From the NCBI GenBank assembly GCA_001179505.1, contig CDMY01000241.1, positions 1 to 64,000 on the forward strand: a stretch of DNA of 64,000 nucleotides. Direction: 5' to 3'. The notes below the pieces were generated by a model that had not been told where the DNA came from, did no database searches, and saw nothing but the letters and a program-made list of their open reading frames with translations. The DNA comes from Vitrella brassicaformis CCMP3155. Its lineage: Eukaryota > Protista > Chromerida. Shown piece by piece: positions 11,240 to 24,300 of the stretch (position 1 is the first letter of the stretch; each line of letters begins with the position of its first letter). The translations under genes and the position numbers were made by a program.

Positions 11240-11854
11240 GGAACATCTTGCCGTCACCATCCTTGCGCTGAGATCCACACAATGCGCAGAGAGAAATCGG
11301 CTTGTGTGTGCCATTGACTTGCCATTCCAGCCCTACACGGATGCTGCGGACGCTTGGCATCTGCGCCAGCTCGTTGCTGAGAGTCGAGTCAAATTCGGTG
11401 AGAGGTTTCAGCAGATCGTATAGTCGGCCGGTCAGCGACGCATTGGCCTGCAAGAAGAGAGAATCACATACACATGAAATCGTGCTGGCGCATGGAATTG
11501 ATCACACACGACACGTGCCGCTCTCTTGCGACCTCTGTGTTCTTGTTGCCGTCTGGTATTCTCTGCTTCGCCTCCTCAGTACGCGAGGCCATCTGAGATG
11601 CGATCTGGACAGCAGCAGAGCCGACCACGTTGCAGCCTGCGGGCATGGCTCTTCCCCATCCCCTCCCTCCTTCGCTCACCAAATGGATCTTATCTAGGGC
11701 ATCACGCAGGCTACCATCGCCATCTGCCCCGCCGCCCCGCCCACCTGCAGACACGAACAGCAAGGGCACAGAACATCAGCCGTGTAGTGGTGTTCTCACC
11801 TTTGGGTGCAGCCGGGCCGCTATCGCTCGTGTCCATCGGGGCACGGTCAACCAT
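11240..11854 (-). CDS. Upstream exons, either the 5' part of the preceding gene (out of frame near 11250) or a separate short gene
   Basis: MVDRAPMDTSDSGPAAPK|GGRGGGADGDGSLRDALDKIHLVSEGG...EVARERH|ANASLTGRLYDLLKPLTEFDSTLSNELAQMPSVRSIRVGLEWQ splice in frame. No in-frame join to the downstream MAVQCPRP exon was found. Confidence 0.35.
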
Positions 11855-12045
11855 CTGCAGAAGCCAACAGACGACGGGATGGATGGATGGATGGATGCGT
11901 GGATGGATTGGGTGGATGAAGTCAGCTCCGCGAGTCGGCTTACTGCTCAGGTGATTCTTCGCATCCACGCAGCCAGTGCCGACATCTGGAACCGCCGCGA
12001 AGTCGCTCCGCAAAACCCAACTCAAACCCGTCGAGACTTTCTCCC

Positions 12046-15000
12046 TTGAGTTCCAAAATGCCTCCCGCGTCACAGGGCGACAGGGACGGAGCACGACCCA
12101 AGACCTATCCTCCCAAGAAGGCATCGCGCTCGAGTTTTATGCGGTTCCTCCGAAAAGCCAAGAGTGCCGCGACCCCATCAACAGCAGACGAAGACCGCAC
12201 GGCTGATGGGCTATCTGTCTTCCACGAGCCTCAGCAGCCTCAGCCTGACAGCATCAAGAGTCCTCAACACGATGAAGGCTCTCAAAGAGAAACGGGGACC
12301 GAGGACTTGGGAAGAAACGATGCGTGCGGGCGAAAGGAGCCGAGCGAGAGGCCCCAAGAGAAGAGAATCAGCAGAAGCCACGCATGGACTGACCCCACCA
12401 GCCCCCGAACTGACTATATTCTTCGTTTACTGAGGAAGAGCCTTACTGTGGCCCCATTGCCTCTGGAATTCGATGAGTTGGAGGAATCATCAGCGCCTGT
12501 CGACAGGACGAGACGGCAGCTTGAGGAATCTGCGCGACAGCGGTTCCTCTCGGGTCTGCTGTCGTCGTTCATCACCCGCTCTTCGTCCAACGTTGTGGTG
12601 GATCATCTAGAGCAGCATCTGCAGATGCTGGACAGGGAGAGCGAGGCCGACGCCGTGAGGCTGTCTGTAGTGAGCGACAAGTCCATCGAATGGGAGACGA
12701 CGCGCAAGAAGGCCATTCGATTCCTCGGCCGTTCCGAGAGTCTTATAAGGCGCGTCCCGTTCCGCTCCGTCATCACGACGAGCAATTTCATCACGTGGAC
12801 CCTCTACCTCGTGATCTTCTTCCTCTGTATGCTGCATCTCTTTGCGGAGTTTCTGGTCGCCAGGCTGCCACCCGTCCATAACGGTGGTTCCAGAGTTTTC
12901 TCCTCGGTGAGACATATGAGAGAGAGAACACCAGTTGCAACAACAAGTTCGTTTATTGGTGTCTTTGGATCTCCTTACCATTCATCAATCAGATGCAGGA
13001 ATTTGTTGCCTTTACGGACGCCTCTCGGCCTGGCAACTGGGGCTTCGACACGACGGCCGAGTGAGCAAGCATTCACAGAGAGACCGAGAAGATCCTTGTG
13101 TTGAGATACGCGTATGTTCGTAGGAAAGGCATGTACGCCGCTTTGTGGCTGTGTCTGAGTGTGCCTTGCATTCTTATTGTCGTGCACCACTCCATCTTCT
13201 TCCGCTCGATGATCCGATCGTGGACAGACAACAGACTGCGCCTGTCTCTCGGCTCCATCCGATGCGCCGTTCTCACGCAGCAGCGCCGTCGCAGCTCGGT
13301 GTCAATCACGACTGGCCCTCGATCTTCTGTGTCGAATACGAGCGTCATCTTCGAGCGCTGTGACTCGACGCTGAGGGATGACAATCACGAGGGGTGGCGG
13401 ATTCGGGTCCTGCAGTTTTACTGGGATTGCAGAGTCCAGGTGTGGCAGCTGTTCGGGCTCTCGGGTGCGTTCTTCTGGCTAATGCACTTCTGCGGTGAGC
13501 CGATGGATGGATGTGATGTCTCATTGCTGCGGGTGGTGTCATATCTTTCTACATTTGTCTGTGCAGATGAGACGTTGGACATGTGTCTTCAGCTGTATAC
13601 GTGTTTGAGACTGGGAGGCATAGATCTACTCAAGACACACGTGTGTACACGCGCATACACACACAGAGCCACTTTCCACGTTCCATGGTCGTCTGCCCCT
13701 TACCGGCTGTGTGGTTGGGTGCAGGATGTGCCAGCGTGGCCCTGGCACGGGGTCTTCGCGCTGTCCGTGTTGATGGGCGTCCACATCATTCTCCTCAATC
13801 TTGTTCACGTCACCAAGAAGAGAGGCTGGGCCATCCTGTCATCGCTAGGTAGGCACCCACCGCCGCCCAACGCCCGACAATAGTGTCTCTGCCTATCCAT
13901 GTGTTCACACAGGCATCAACTTGATGTACTCGTTCCATCTGATCATTTCGTCTTCGCTGGGCAACTCTGACGCCGGCAACAGGAAGCCATCGATGGTACG
14001 AACAATAAAGCAGAGACAGCTCCAATACAATTATGTCGCGTCTTTTCTGCGTGACCGCCAACTTACAGGGCATGTTCGTCTCACTCCGATCGGAGAACTG
14101 GGTGCGTACACAACAGAAGCGCTCCTTCGACTGTGGTCGAATGGCTACTCCTCCTGTGTCAATTGCAGGTTCAGTTCCTATCAGCCTTCGTCCCTCTTTG
14201 TTTGGCCATGTTTCAACTCCGGGCCATTGATGCCCTTCTGATCCTCAAACGATTCACTGACTGGTACCCAAGCACTCCATTGATACACACGACCATCCAT
14301 TTGCGGATCGCGCCGTGTTGTGCAGGAAACACACACAGACGAAGACGACGCGCCACAGGGCCCGCCAGTACCGGCCGTCGACAGACGGCAGTTTCATGGT
14401 TGACAAGGCGTCGGTGCCGCGCTCAGGAGTTGTGGCGACTGACGAAGTCCACGTCACAATACGGGACAAGACGGAACACACACACCCGGCAGGTGCTCGC
14501 TCGTCAATCGGCATCACAGGTACGAGCAGAGCGACCAGTACAAGTGCGACAACACACGACACACGACAGGTGTCGGTCGGTGTGCAGACCTGTTCGGCCC
14601 CTTACGAGCGGCCAACAGGATGCACAGACTGGAGCGGTGGCTCATCTTGCCTCTGAGGCTGCTGCTGTTGGGCTTTTTCTGGGGCTTTGTCGTCCTCCAC
14701 CTTGTGCAGCGCATCAGGGCACCCCATGTGTGCCCGGAGCGGGTCGAGGGCTGGCGCTTCTGCGCCTTCCCGACACACCCTGTCTTCGGGACGACTGTGC
14801 ACCCCTTCTGGCCCTGCAACTGCAGGTACTACGGCGCCTCGACAGAGGTCACCCTGACTGACGAGACAGCCGCGAGGACCTTCATCCACTCACTAGATGA
14901 CTTCACGGCCCTCGAGGCGGTCGTCTTTGGCTTCATCGAGCCCAAGAGCTTCATGTACGAGCGTGGAGAGGGTCACTATCGGGGTTTTCGAGCCAACGTG

Positions 15001-16271
15001 AGCGAGACTCTTCCCCGCGGCGCCTTCAAGCAGCCTTACATGCGCTTCTGGTGGTCAAACGCCGCTCACATCACGTAGGCCACACGAACCGCACAGTCAG
15101 ACAAAGCAAAGCGTCGCCGCTACCGCAATTGGTGTCATTCCGTACGTCAGGAGCATCCCGTCTGGTTTTGCTGATCTGCCGCTGCTCGAGTATGTGTCAT
15201 TTGCGCTGACTCGTGTGGGGGAGATCCCCAATTCGTTCTGCGATATGAAGCAGCTCCGGACGCTGCACCTCGGGTCGTCGTTCGTTGAGTCCCTCCCGCC
15301 GTGGTGAGTGAGCTTCCGCTGTGCCCATGTCTCCTCTCTAGCGTTGTCTTGTTTGTGTGCAGCCTTGGCCACCTGCGCGGCCACCTGTAAGGACACAACC
15401 GAGGCAGTCACATCTAAGCATGACTCTGTTCTGTCTCGATTTGTTGATTGAATATAGCAAGACGTTTCGGCTGCAGTCAACTCCACTGTGTGAGTGGATG
15501 ATGTGGGCTGGCAGGAGTTCTCGCTGTTGGTGATGTCGTTCGTTCGTTCGTCGTCTTTTTCCTCTTGGTGCAGGTGCCCGTCTGAGTGCCGACCCCGACT
15601 ACCCCATACTCGGAGATCCCTCACTCACGCCCTCCAGCTCACTCATGGTCCGTTCACACAGAACCGTGCAGCTACACATTCCAACGCAGCTTAGCCTTTT
15701 GCCTGGATTCGTTCAGGCCCTGCTCCAAGAGTTGGATCCCTGCAGCCTGAACCAGCAGGCTGAGAGAGAGGCAGCAGGTATCTCCGTCTCGACCAGCACC
15801 AGCAGCAGTGGCAGGAAGCGGCCTCCTCGCTCGTATCCTTTGTCGAGCGAGTGCCTGGTGCCCGAGTGCCGGCGGTGGTACGGCTTCATGACAGAGACGG
15901 GACTCGACAGCGATGGGGACCACATGATATGCTTCGACGAAATGAAGGCTTCCCACCATTGGTGTAAGTGCAAGCCGACCTAAGCCGTCTGGGTGCGTGG
16001 GCATGTGTGTCTCTGTGTGTGTGTCAGATACGTATGACGATTATGCGAATGAGCTCTGGCGGATGGAGGGGAAGACTGACCCTGACAACGAGTGCTTCGT
16101 GTACACGACCTTCCTACGGAAGGCCAACGGCGAAAAAAGCGACTGTGCTAACTGTAAGCGAGAGCGAGAGGGAGCGAGAGAGAGAGCGGGACACACGCTG
16201 CCCTCGGTCTCTATGTGTGTGTGTGTGTGTGTGTGTGTGCAGGTCCGTGGCTGCCAAGGTGGGCGATTTGA
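12046..16271 (+). CDS. Polytopic membrane protein (about 7-8 TM) with Cys hinge, C-terminal LRRs and an EF-hand motif
   Basis: Hand-spliced model stays in frame across the junctions checked. Hydrophobic segments include FITWTLYLVIFFLCMLHLFAEFLV, FVYWCLWISLPFI, MYAALWLCLSVPCILIVV, WHGVFALSVLMGVHIILLNLV, VQFLSAFVPLCLAMF and WLILPLRLLLLGFFWGFVVLHLV. Then PCNCRY; LRRs HITSIPSGFADLPLLEYVSFALTRVGEIPNSFCDMKQLRTLHLGSSFVESLPPCLGHLRGHLKTFRLQSTPLC; EF-loop DSDGDHMICFDE (15906-15941); ends DCANCPWLPRWAI*. Confidence 0.75.
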
Positions 16272-17265
16272 GGGGCCGAAGTGAGCTTGGGATGATATTG
16301 GCCAATGACGACTGGAGACAGAGCTGAGAGAGCTCCGCTGACCGATGTGTCTGTCTACATGGGGGCTACGCTGCGTATGGTGGAGTGTCTGTCACCTGTG
16401 TCTTGTGTTGTTTGTTCAAGCTGTCTTTCATTCTTCGTCTCCATTTATCGCATATGTGTGGGTGGGTTGTGGTCTGCCATCGCAGCAGCTGTGTTGGTAG
16501 TTGTCGTTGTGCGTGTGTGGCTGTTGAGACGTGACCATCTGACCATCTGACCATCCATCCATCCATCCAGCCATCCATCCAGCCATCCCTCATTTAGTGC
16601 ACAATGTGCCTTTCCTTGACGTGTGTGAGTCTGTCCGTTCCTTGAAACGCCATCGACTGTGTCCGCCCACTCCATCCCTCTCTCCCCCCGTCAGTCGGTC
16701 AGCCAGCCGGTGTCCACTTCACTCACTACCAGAAATCAACAAATCAACCGTCCACTCGATCACAGCAGGCAGTCGGGACGTACGTGAGCAGCCATCCATC
16801 CACAGCCATCAGCCAGCCATGCAGTAGCGAGACAGCCTCTACAGCGGACAGCCAGCCAGCCAGCCAGCCAGCCAGATGGATCTTACATCCTCCTCGTGTA
16901 TCTATCGTCTGCAGCCACCTCCCCCCACACCCTTCCCCTCTGCTGAACCGTCTGTCTGTCTGTCTGTCTGGTGGTGGCTTGAGGGGTAGGAGGCCCTAGG
17001 GGGTGGGAGGTGGGAGGGGCCACGAGGGACCGACCGGACCATTGACACACTCTCACACAACATCCATCCATCCATCCATTCATTCGAACGAGGAGCAGCC
17101 AGCCATAAGGTACACACACACGCATGCAAGAAAACGCAAATAACGAACAAACAGACAAAAAAGAACCGCCATGGTGACCACCACCCCCCGCAGCACCCCA
17201 CCAGTGAGTGCCCCTACCAACACACGACCAACCAGCATGGTTCGAAGCTGTGCCTGGTCGTCTGT

Positions 17266-20200
17266 CTACTGGTTGGGCGGCTGTTGCTGCTGCTGGTGTT
17301 GCTGGTGCTGCTGGTGTGGGTGTGGGTGAGGGTGCTGCTGTGGCGGTGTGTGTGCCATGGGCGGGGGCTGCTGGATGCCCTGCTGCTGCTGCATGGCCTG
17401 ATGCAGGGCTGGGTGCTGGTGTAGGTCCTTGACCAACACATACTTGCCGGTGGCGGGGTCGGTCACCACGTGCTGCTGCTTCTTGACCAGGTTGACGAAC
17501 TTGTCCTTCAAATCAACGTACGTGCGGGTCGACAGGAACTCATATGCCTGTTGGCAACACATCAACACATCCATCCACAAGGATGAGCAGAGAGGGAGGG
17601 AGGGAGGGAAAGGGGCAACTTACGCCGAGTATCTTGCGCCAGTTGCCAGCACCGAAACGATTCAGACCCTCTATCAAGTTTCGGACCTGCACACACACAC
17701 ACACACACACACAAGGCACACCATCCACGCAGCCCGTCTGTGTATGTGTGTGGTGTGTCTGTGTCTGTGTGAGGCGTACCTCCCAGTCTGTCCACATCTG
17801 CCGCTGGCGTCGCTGGGTCTGCTCCTTCTGCGGCCGCGGCGGACGGATGGGCGAACCACCCGGACGCACACCAGACGCCGGCGCGGGGGCCAAACCTGAG
17901 AAGAAGGAAAGGAAAACAAGAGACCACAACACACACACACAAGGGTGTGGCTGATGGTGTTGTGTTGTGTTCCCTCCCCTCCCCTCCCCTCCCTCTCGCC
18001 GCACCTGGCACCCCCGGCAGGCCCGGGTGCATATGCATCTGCATACCGCTGAGGGCGTAGTGGTGCTGCATCTGCATCTGCATGGGCATCTGCATCTGCA
18101 TGGCCACCCCCATGTGCTGGGGGTGCTGCTGCTGCATGGCCGCCGCCGCCTGCTGGTGGGTGTAGTGCGGGGCAACCACGTGGCCCAGCTGCTGCTGCTG
18201 CTGCTGTAGGTGCGCCGCCTGCATCCCGTGTGCCAGACGGCTTGCGCCCATCAGGTCGTCCTCGCCAGGCCCGGGAGTGCTCTCATACCAACTGACCCAG
18301 CAGACACATGCGAACGAGACGACGTGTGAGGTGTGGCGAGGGCATGTGTGTGTGTGTGTGTGTATGAGTGTGTGTGTCTTCCGTACCGCGCCTGCCGGCC
18401 CTGCGAGTCAGGCTCCAGTAGCGATTTCTTGTACGGGAAACGACGCACACGCACCTGCCAACACACCCACATCACCTCAAATCAACCATGTGGGTCGAGC
18501 GCCTCTCTCTCCCTCTCTCTCTGTGTGTGTGTGTGTGCAGGTACACTGAGATCCTCGTTAGGGTCATATTCCTCCTCATCCTCATCATGCCCACGCCGAC
18601 GCTTCCCACCACTGCCCCCCACACCCGCAGCAGCGGCTGCTGCTGCAGCCGCTGACCAACCAACACACACATACAAACAGAGCGACACACATACACAGGG
18701 ACACGTGTGAAATATTCACTCTCTGTACCTGAAGCTGCAGCAGCAGCAGCAGCGGCAGCAGCAGGAGCTGCGGCCTTGGTCTTGGGTGCGACGGGCTGTG
18801 GGTGCAGGGCGGGGTGGTGCAAGAAGGCCGGCATGGCGCCTGAAGCACCGGCCATGCCCATGCCCATACCCATGCCCATGCCGCCGCCACCACGCGGCAG
18901 GGCCTCACGCATCTTCTCCAGGATGTTCCGGACGCCGTCACGCTCAGCGACGCTGACACACACACACACACACACAGAGAGGGGTGAGGGAGAGAGGTGG
19001 TTGGTCGCTCACTTGTAGACCGCCCGGGCCTCCTTCTCGTCAACTGCATTGAGGCCGAAGAGGTTAGACACAGAGAGAGCAAATGAGAGGCCAGCCTGCC
19101 TGTGTGGAAAAGGACTCGGGGCGGGGGGGAGGGAGGTCACTCACCTTTGTCTTTGAGCTCGGGTCGTTTGCAGTCGAGTGCTAGGAAGAAGGGCTCCGCG
19201 TGGATCTTCTGCTTCGGCTTCTTCTTGGACAGCCGGTCGCGCAACACGTCAGGACTACGACCCCCTGCACCGCCACCACCGCCCCCGCCGCCATACTGAC
19301 ACCACACACACACACACACACAAAAACAGAGGCAGATGACGAGAGTTGCTGGCTCGGCTCGGCTCGGCCCGGCTCGGTTTACCTGTCCCTCCTCGCCCTC
19401 TCCCTCTCCTTCGCCCCCCTCCTGGAAACCCTCGCCACCAACGCCACCAGCACCACCACCACGGATGCCCAGGCCCCCTCCCGCCCCCCTGGAGCCCTTC
19501 TGCTTCTGCTTCTTGGCACCGCCCGCGGCTTCCTTCTCGCCACCGCCGCCGTGCATCATCTGCTGGAACTGCAGCTGTGCGTGTGGGTGTGGGTGTCCGG
19601 GCTGGTAGGCGTAGGGGTAGGGGTAGGGTGGCGGGGAGGGGTCTGGGTCGTTGAGTGGCAGGCCGGCGCCGCCACCGTTCTGCTGCTGGTGCTGCTGGTG
19701 CTGCTGGTGCTGCTGGTGGTGGAGGCTCTTGCGACGGCGGTCGACCTCTGCTGAGATGGCCTGCGCCACGCCCTGACAGACAAGCAGAGAGAGAGAGAGA
19801 GGGAGAGATCACACAGACACATGATGGTGTGCGTGTGTGTGGAAAGGGAGATGGGTGTCGGTTACGTCGTAGTGGCCGTCGTTGAACACCTGCAGGACAG
19901 GCAGCAGAGGTGGAGCGTATGGTGTGTGTGGGTATGGGTGTGTGTGGGCATGGGTGTGAGTGTGTGTGGGTGGCGACGTACTTTGCCGAGTGGCGATTCG
20001 ATACGCTGATTCAACGTCTGCAGGAAGGCGCGGCACGCCTCGCGCCACATCTGACACACACACAGACAGGGAGAGGGAGAGGGAGAGGGAGAGGAAGTGG
20101 CATCTTGTGCGCCATCCAAGTGTGTGTGCCCACCTGTTCGCATTCGACGTAGGTGTGGTTGACCTGCTCCTGATGCTGCACCGCGTCGACGCCGTTGGGA

Positions 20201-21162
20201 GGCACCAGAACAGACAGCCGCTTATACCTGCAGCCACCCACACATCCCCCAACACACACACACACACACACACACACAATTGTGGTCAACACGACTGGCG
20301 TCACACGTGTGTTCCCTCGCTGACCATTCGTCCCTCTCGGCCTGGTCGTCGAAGGTGCGCTGGATGCTGGCCTTGAGGTCCTTGTCAGTCAGCTTGCCGG
20401 TCGTCGCGCCCTCCGCAAACTCCTGCAACATTCCCTGCACCACACACAGCCTTTTTCAGGCACCACACCGTGCCATCACACCTTCCCCGAGACCAAAACC
20501 CACCCACCACACTGCAAAGACGTACCACCATCTTATAGCACCCCAAGAAGGGCTTGTACGTGTCTCCCATCCCGGGCTTGCCCGCCACGTGTTTGGCGAG
20601 CATCTGCGCCAGCTGCACCTTCTCTCCCATGGTCCCCCTGCCCCAGAGACACAAGACACATCACACACACACCCAGCCACAGGGTAAGGGTATGGGTATG
20701 GGTATGGAGCCCTGTGGGTGTGGGTAAGGGTTTGGCATGCAAGGAAATCGGTCGTCGCTCACTCTGAGTCAGGCGCCAGCTTGTAGAGCACCCATCGGTT
20801 CTCCAGCGCCCCAGCCGTCACGCTGCCGTGCATCAGCTCATGAGGCGAACCTGCATGCCGTCAAAACACCGTCACACACATCCCGCCCTCCCCCCTCTGT
20901 CCCTCTCACTGGCAATGATGCTCTCGGCCACTTTGCGGTCTTCCGACAGCTCGTTGCCGTACGCACCGACGTAGAACGAGTCCTCCTTGAGCACCTCGTT
21001 CAACGCCCACTCGAGCAGCGCCGTGGCTGGCGGGCTCAGCTGGCTCGCCGCACTGCTCTTGGCCTTCTCGCCCTCCTGCTGGCCTCTCGCGGTGTCGATG
21101 CGCGCTCCTTCCAACTCCATTCGATCCAACTCGCGAAACTTAGACAATTGACGACAAAGCAC
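17266..21162 (-). CDS. Telobox (TRF-like) single-Myb protein with a helical N-terminal region and Gln/His-rich linkers; 5' end uncertain (possibly to about 21330)
   Basis: Three exons reconstruct RRQRQMWTDWE|VRNLIEGLNRFGAGNWRKILG|AYEFLSTRTYVDLKDKFVNLVKK, matching the telobox consensus W..EE..L..GV..FG.G.W..IL....F..RT.VDLKDKW.N. Upstream coding exons include TALLEWALNEVLKEDSFYVGAYG, EKVQLAQMLAKHVAGKPG and VQGMLQEFAEGATTGKLTDKDLKASIQ. Confidence 0.75.
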
Positions 21163-21325
21163 GCCTCACGTGGTCATGCTGAGGGCGCACACACGCGCCT
21201 CGGTGGCTGCGGTGGTCCTCGTGCCGGCACTAACAGCTCGCAACAGTTGCAAGCTTTCGTAGATCTGACAGCCTTTGGAGGAGAGGTCGGTGAGCGCTTC
21301 ACGGCTGGCTGAGAAGCACTGACCG

Positions 21326-24300
21326 ATGGACAGCTTTCAGGCTCCACCGGGGATGACCATCTCCCACCCATCTCCTCCCGAGGTGGAGGCCAACGCGGCC
21401 TTGCGCGTGGGCGGCATGGACTACTCGGGCGGCACTCAGCCGCAGGGAGCGTCGGGATGGGACAACGTCACCGTCGCCCCGCCGCCACACCCACACCCAC
21501 ACCCGCCGCCCGATGCACACGCATCTCAGGACTCGGGAGTGGAGCATGGTGGCCATCATGGAGCTCATGGTGGTCATCCGCATGAGCAACAGAAGCAGAC
21601 TGACGACGGGTCGTCGTACGGACAGACGGCGCTATATTTCGACTCGACTGCCATTGCTCCGCCACCGGGGTGGGTGAGAGGCAGAGAGAGGGAGGGATGG
21701 GGAGACATCCATCGATGTGTGTCTGTGCTGTGTGTGTGTGGGTGATCTTGTGTGCATATAGGATGGAGGGCGAGCCGGTCAATGTGACTGTGAATGTTGG
21801 TGTTGGTGTGGGCGGCGTGACTGGCGACTTTGGGCAGATGGGAAGCATGGGCGACGTGCTGCTGCACACCACTGCTACCAAGCAGACGGACGCCGGCTTC
21901 GGGGCGGGAGGACTCAACAACGGTGATGAGTGAAACCAGAGCCACATCCCTCCCATCCATGCCTGTGTGAGTGTGTATGTGTATGTGTCTGTGTCTGTTT
22001 GTGTGTGTGACGGTGTGGGTGCAGTTGACATGAGCGGCGGTCCAATGTCGATGGAGCAGCTGTGCCACCAGACGCAGACCTTCATCGACAGCCAGCAGGC
22101 GCAGCAGGCGTCACAGCAGGCCCAGGCCTCTCAACACGACAACACGCAGCCCCCACCTCCCCCGCCACCACCACCACCGCCGCCACCCCCACCTCCACCA
22201 CCTATTGGTCAGCCCAGCCGCCTCACACACACACAAGCATGCATCCATCCATCCAAGTGGCTTGGTGGTTTGTGTGCAGACAGCGTGTCGTCAGTGGGAG
22301 TGGGGGGGCAGCGATACCTCCCGCCCCAGCCACACGACTGTGCCTCTTCGTCGGTGGAGCTGATGGAGGTGCAGCGCAAGCTCGACGCTGTGCTGAGGGA
22401 AAACTCTAACCTGCAGAGACAAGTAAGAGGCCCCTCCTCGCTCGAAGACACACACAGGCATTGTGTTGCTGTGGTGTCTTTGTGTGTGTGTGTGTGTGTA
22501 GGTGGAGGAGTATGAGGTTGAGCTGCAGCACGTCCGCATGTCCAATGACGGGGGCGACTGGGGCGGGTACGGGTCGAGGGAGAATGACCGCAACCTATAC
22601 GACGAGATCGCACACTGGAGACAGAAACACTACGAAGTGAGCTGAGCTGAGCTGTGGGATGAGCGTGGGGCGAGTGGCGACTGGCCAGGGAGTGCATTCG
22701 TGTGTGTGTGTGTGTGTGTGTCTGCGCAGATAGAGAAGGAGAAGAAGGATCTGGAGCGGGAGCACCGCACCACAGTCCAACAACTCACCCACCTGCTCGG
22801 TACGCTCACACACACACACACACACATGCACACCCATTGCGATATATCGGCCCCAGAGCTGTCATCGGCCCCTGACGGCGCCGCACCACAGCAACAACAG
22901 CACCAACAGCAGCAGCAGCAACAGCAGCAGCTAGGCCACCCGTCCCCCCCAGCCACGCTGGCCACACCCATCGGACGCGTCCAAGCCGGCAACAGACAAG
23001 GCAACGAAGGTATTCATGCTGATGTGTGTGTGTGAATGCTCTCATTCTCGTGTCGTGGTGTGGCTCAGATGTTGGCGATGCGGCGTTGTCTCGGGAGTAC
23101 GCCCAGATCCAGCAGTGGTACGCCGAGCTGGCCAGGAAGTTCCAAAGGGCGCAGCAGCAGATCGCCGACAAGAACAGGTGGGGACCTTCACCCCTCCCTC
23201 CCTCCCCAACCTCACGCAGAGAAAGAATGTGTGTGCCTGTGTGTGTGGGGGGGTGGGTGGGTGCAGGGAGCTGCAGACGTTGCGCGACGACATGAGTATG
23301 GTGGAGGAGCAGAACCGGCAGCTGTCGGAGCAGTACAAGGAGTCGTTCAACTCGCTGGAAGACGTCAGGAGCCAGCTCGTGGCTAAGGTACGCACGAGAG
23401 CGAGCCGTCCAGCCCACACACACCCACACCCAAACATCCACCGCACACACACAGTCTGCATGTCTCTCTCTCTCTCTCGGGCGTGTGTGTGTGTGTAGGA
23501 GTTGGAGTACATGAAGCTGCAGCGAAAGCTCTACGACAAGAACGGTGAGATGCAGCAGATGAGGGAGCAAATCGTGCAGAGGGAACAGCAGATCGAACAC
23601 GTCAGACAAGGTATGGTAATCTAACCCCCAGCCCACCCAAATCCAGACACACAGAGAGAGAGGGAGAGAGAGATGCCTGTCATTACACAGAGATGGCCGA
23701 GACCACCCAGAAGTTCGCTGCCTCATACTCGCAGAGACGAGTAGAGGTATGCAAGAGTCCAAACACACACACACACACACACACGTGTGTGTCATTCTCC
23801 CTTCTGCTGCAGGATTTGGAGGCCTACATCCGGCAGCAGGCCCTCTCGCACCTCGAGACGCAGGCAGAGTGGTCACGACAGATCGGAGAGATCAAATCGC
23901 AGGCAGAGAGAAAACTCGAAAAGGTCCGCCCCACCCTCCACCACCATCCCCGTCAACACACCTCACTCACACACGCCCACATGTGTGTCTGTGTCTATGT
24001 GAAGGTGAAGCGGGAGAAGGAGGAGTGCGAGCGCCTTGCGGCCACCGACCGGGCCAGTCTCACGCAGCAGATCAACCAGGCCAAGGCTGAGCACCCTCAG
24101 CAAGACCAGCACCAGCTCACATCCACGACACACAAGCACCAGCCCCACCAGACCACGGCTGCAACATCTGCCGCAGACCAGCAGCAGACGACGAGCTCCA
24201 AAACTGCGACTGCTTCACCCGCTGCTGCACCCGCTGCAGCTGCTGCAAGCGCCTCAGAGCAGCAGCAACAGCAGCAACAGCATCAGGAAGGAGGCGACAC

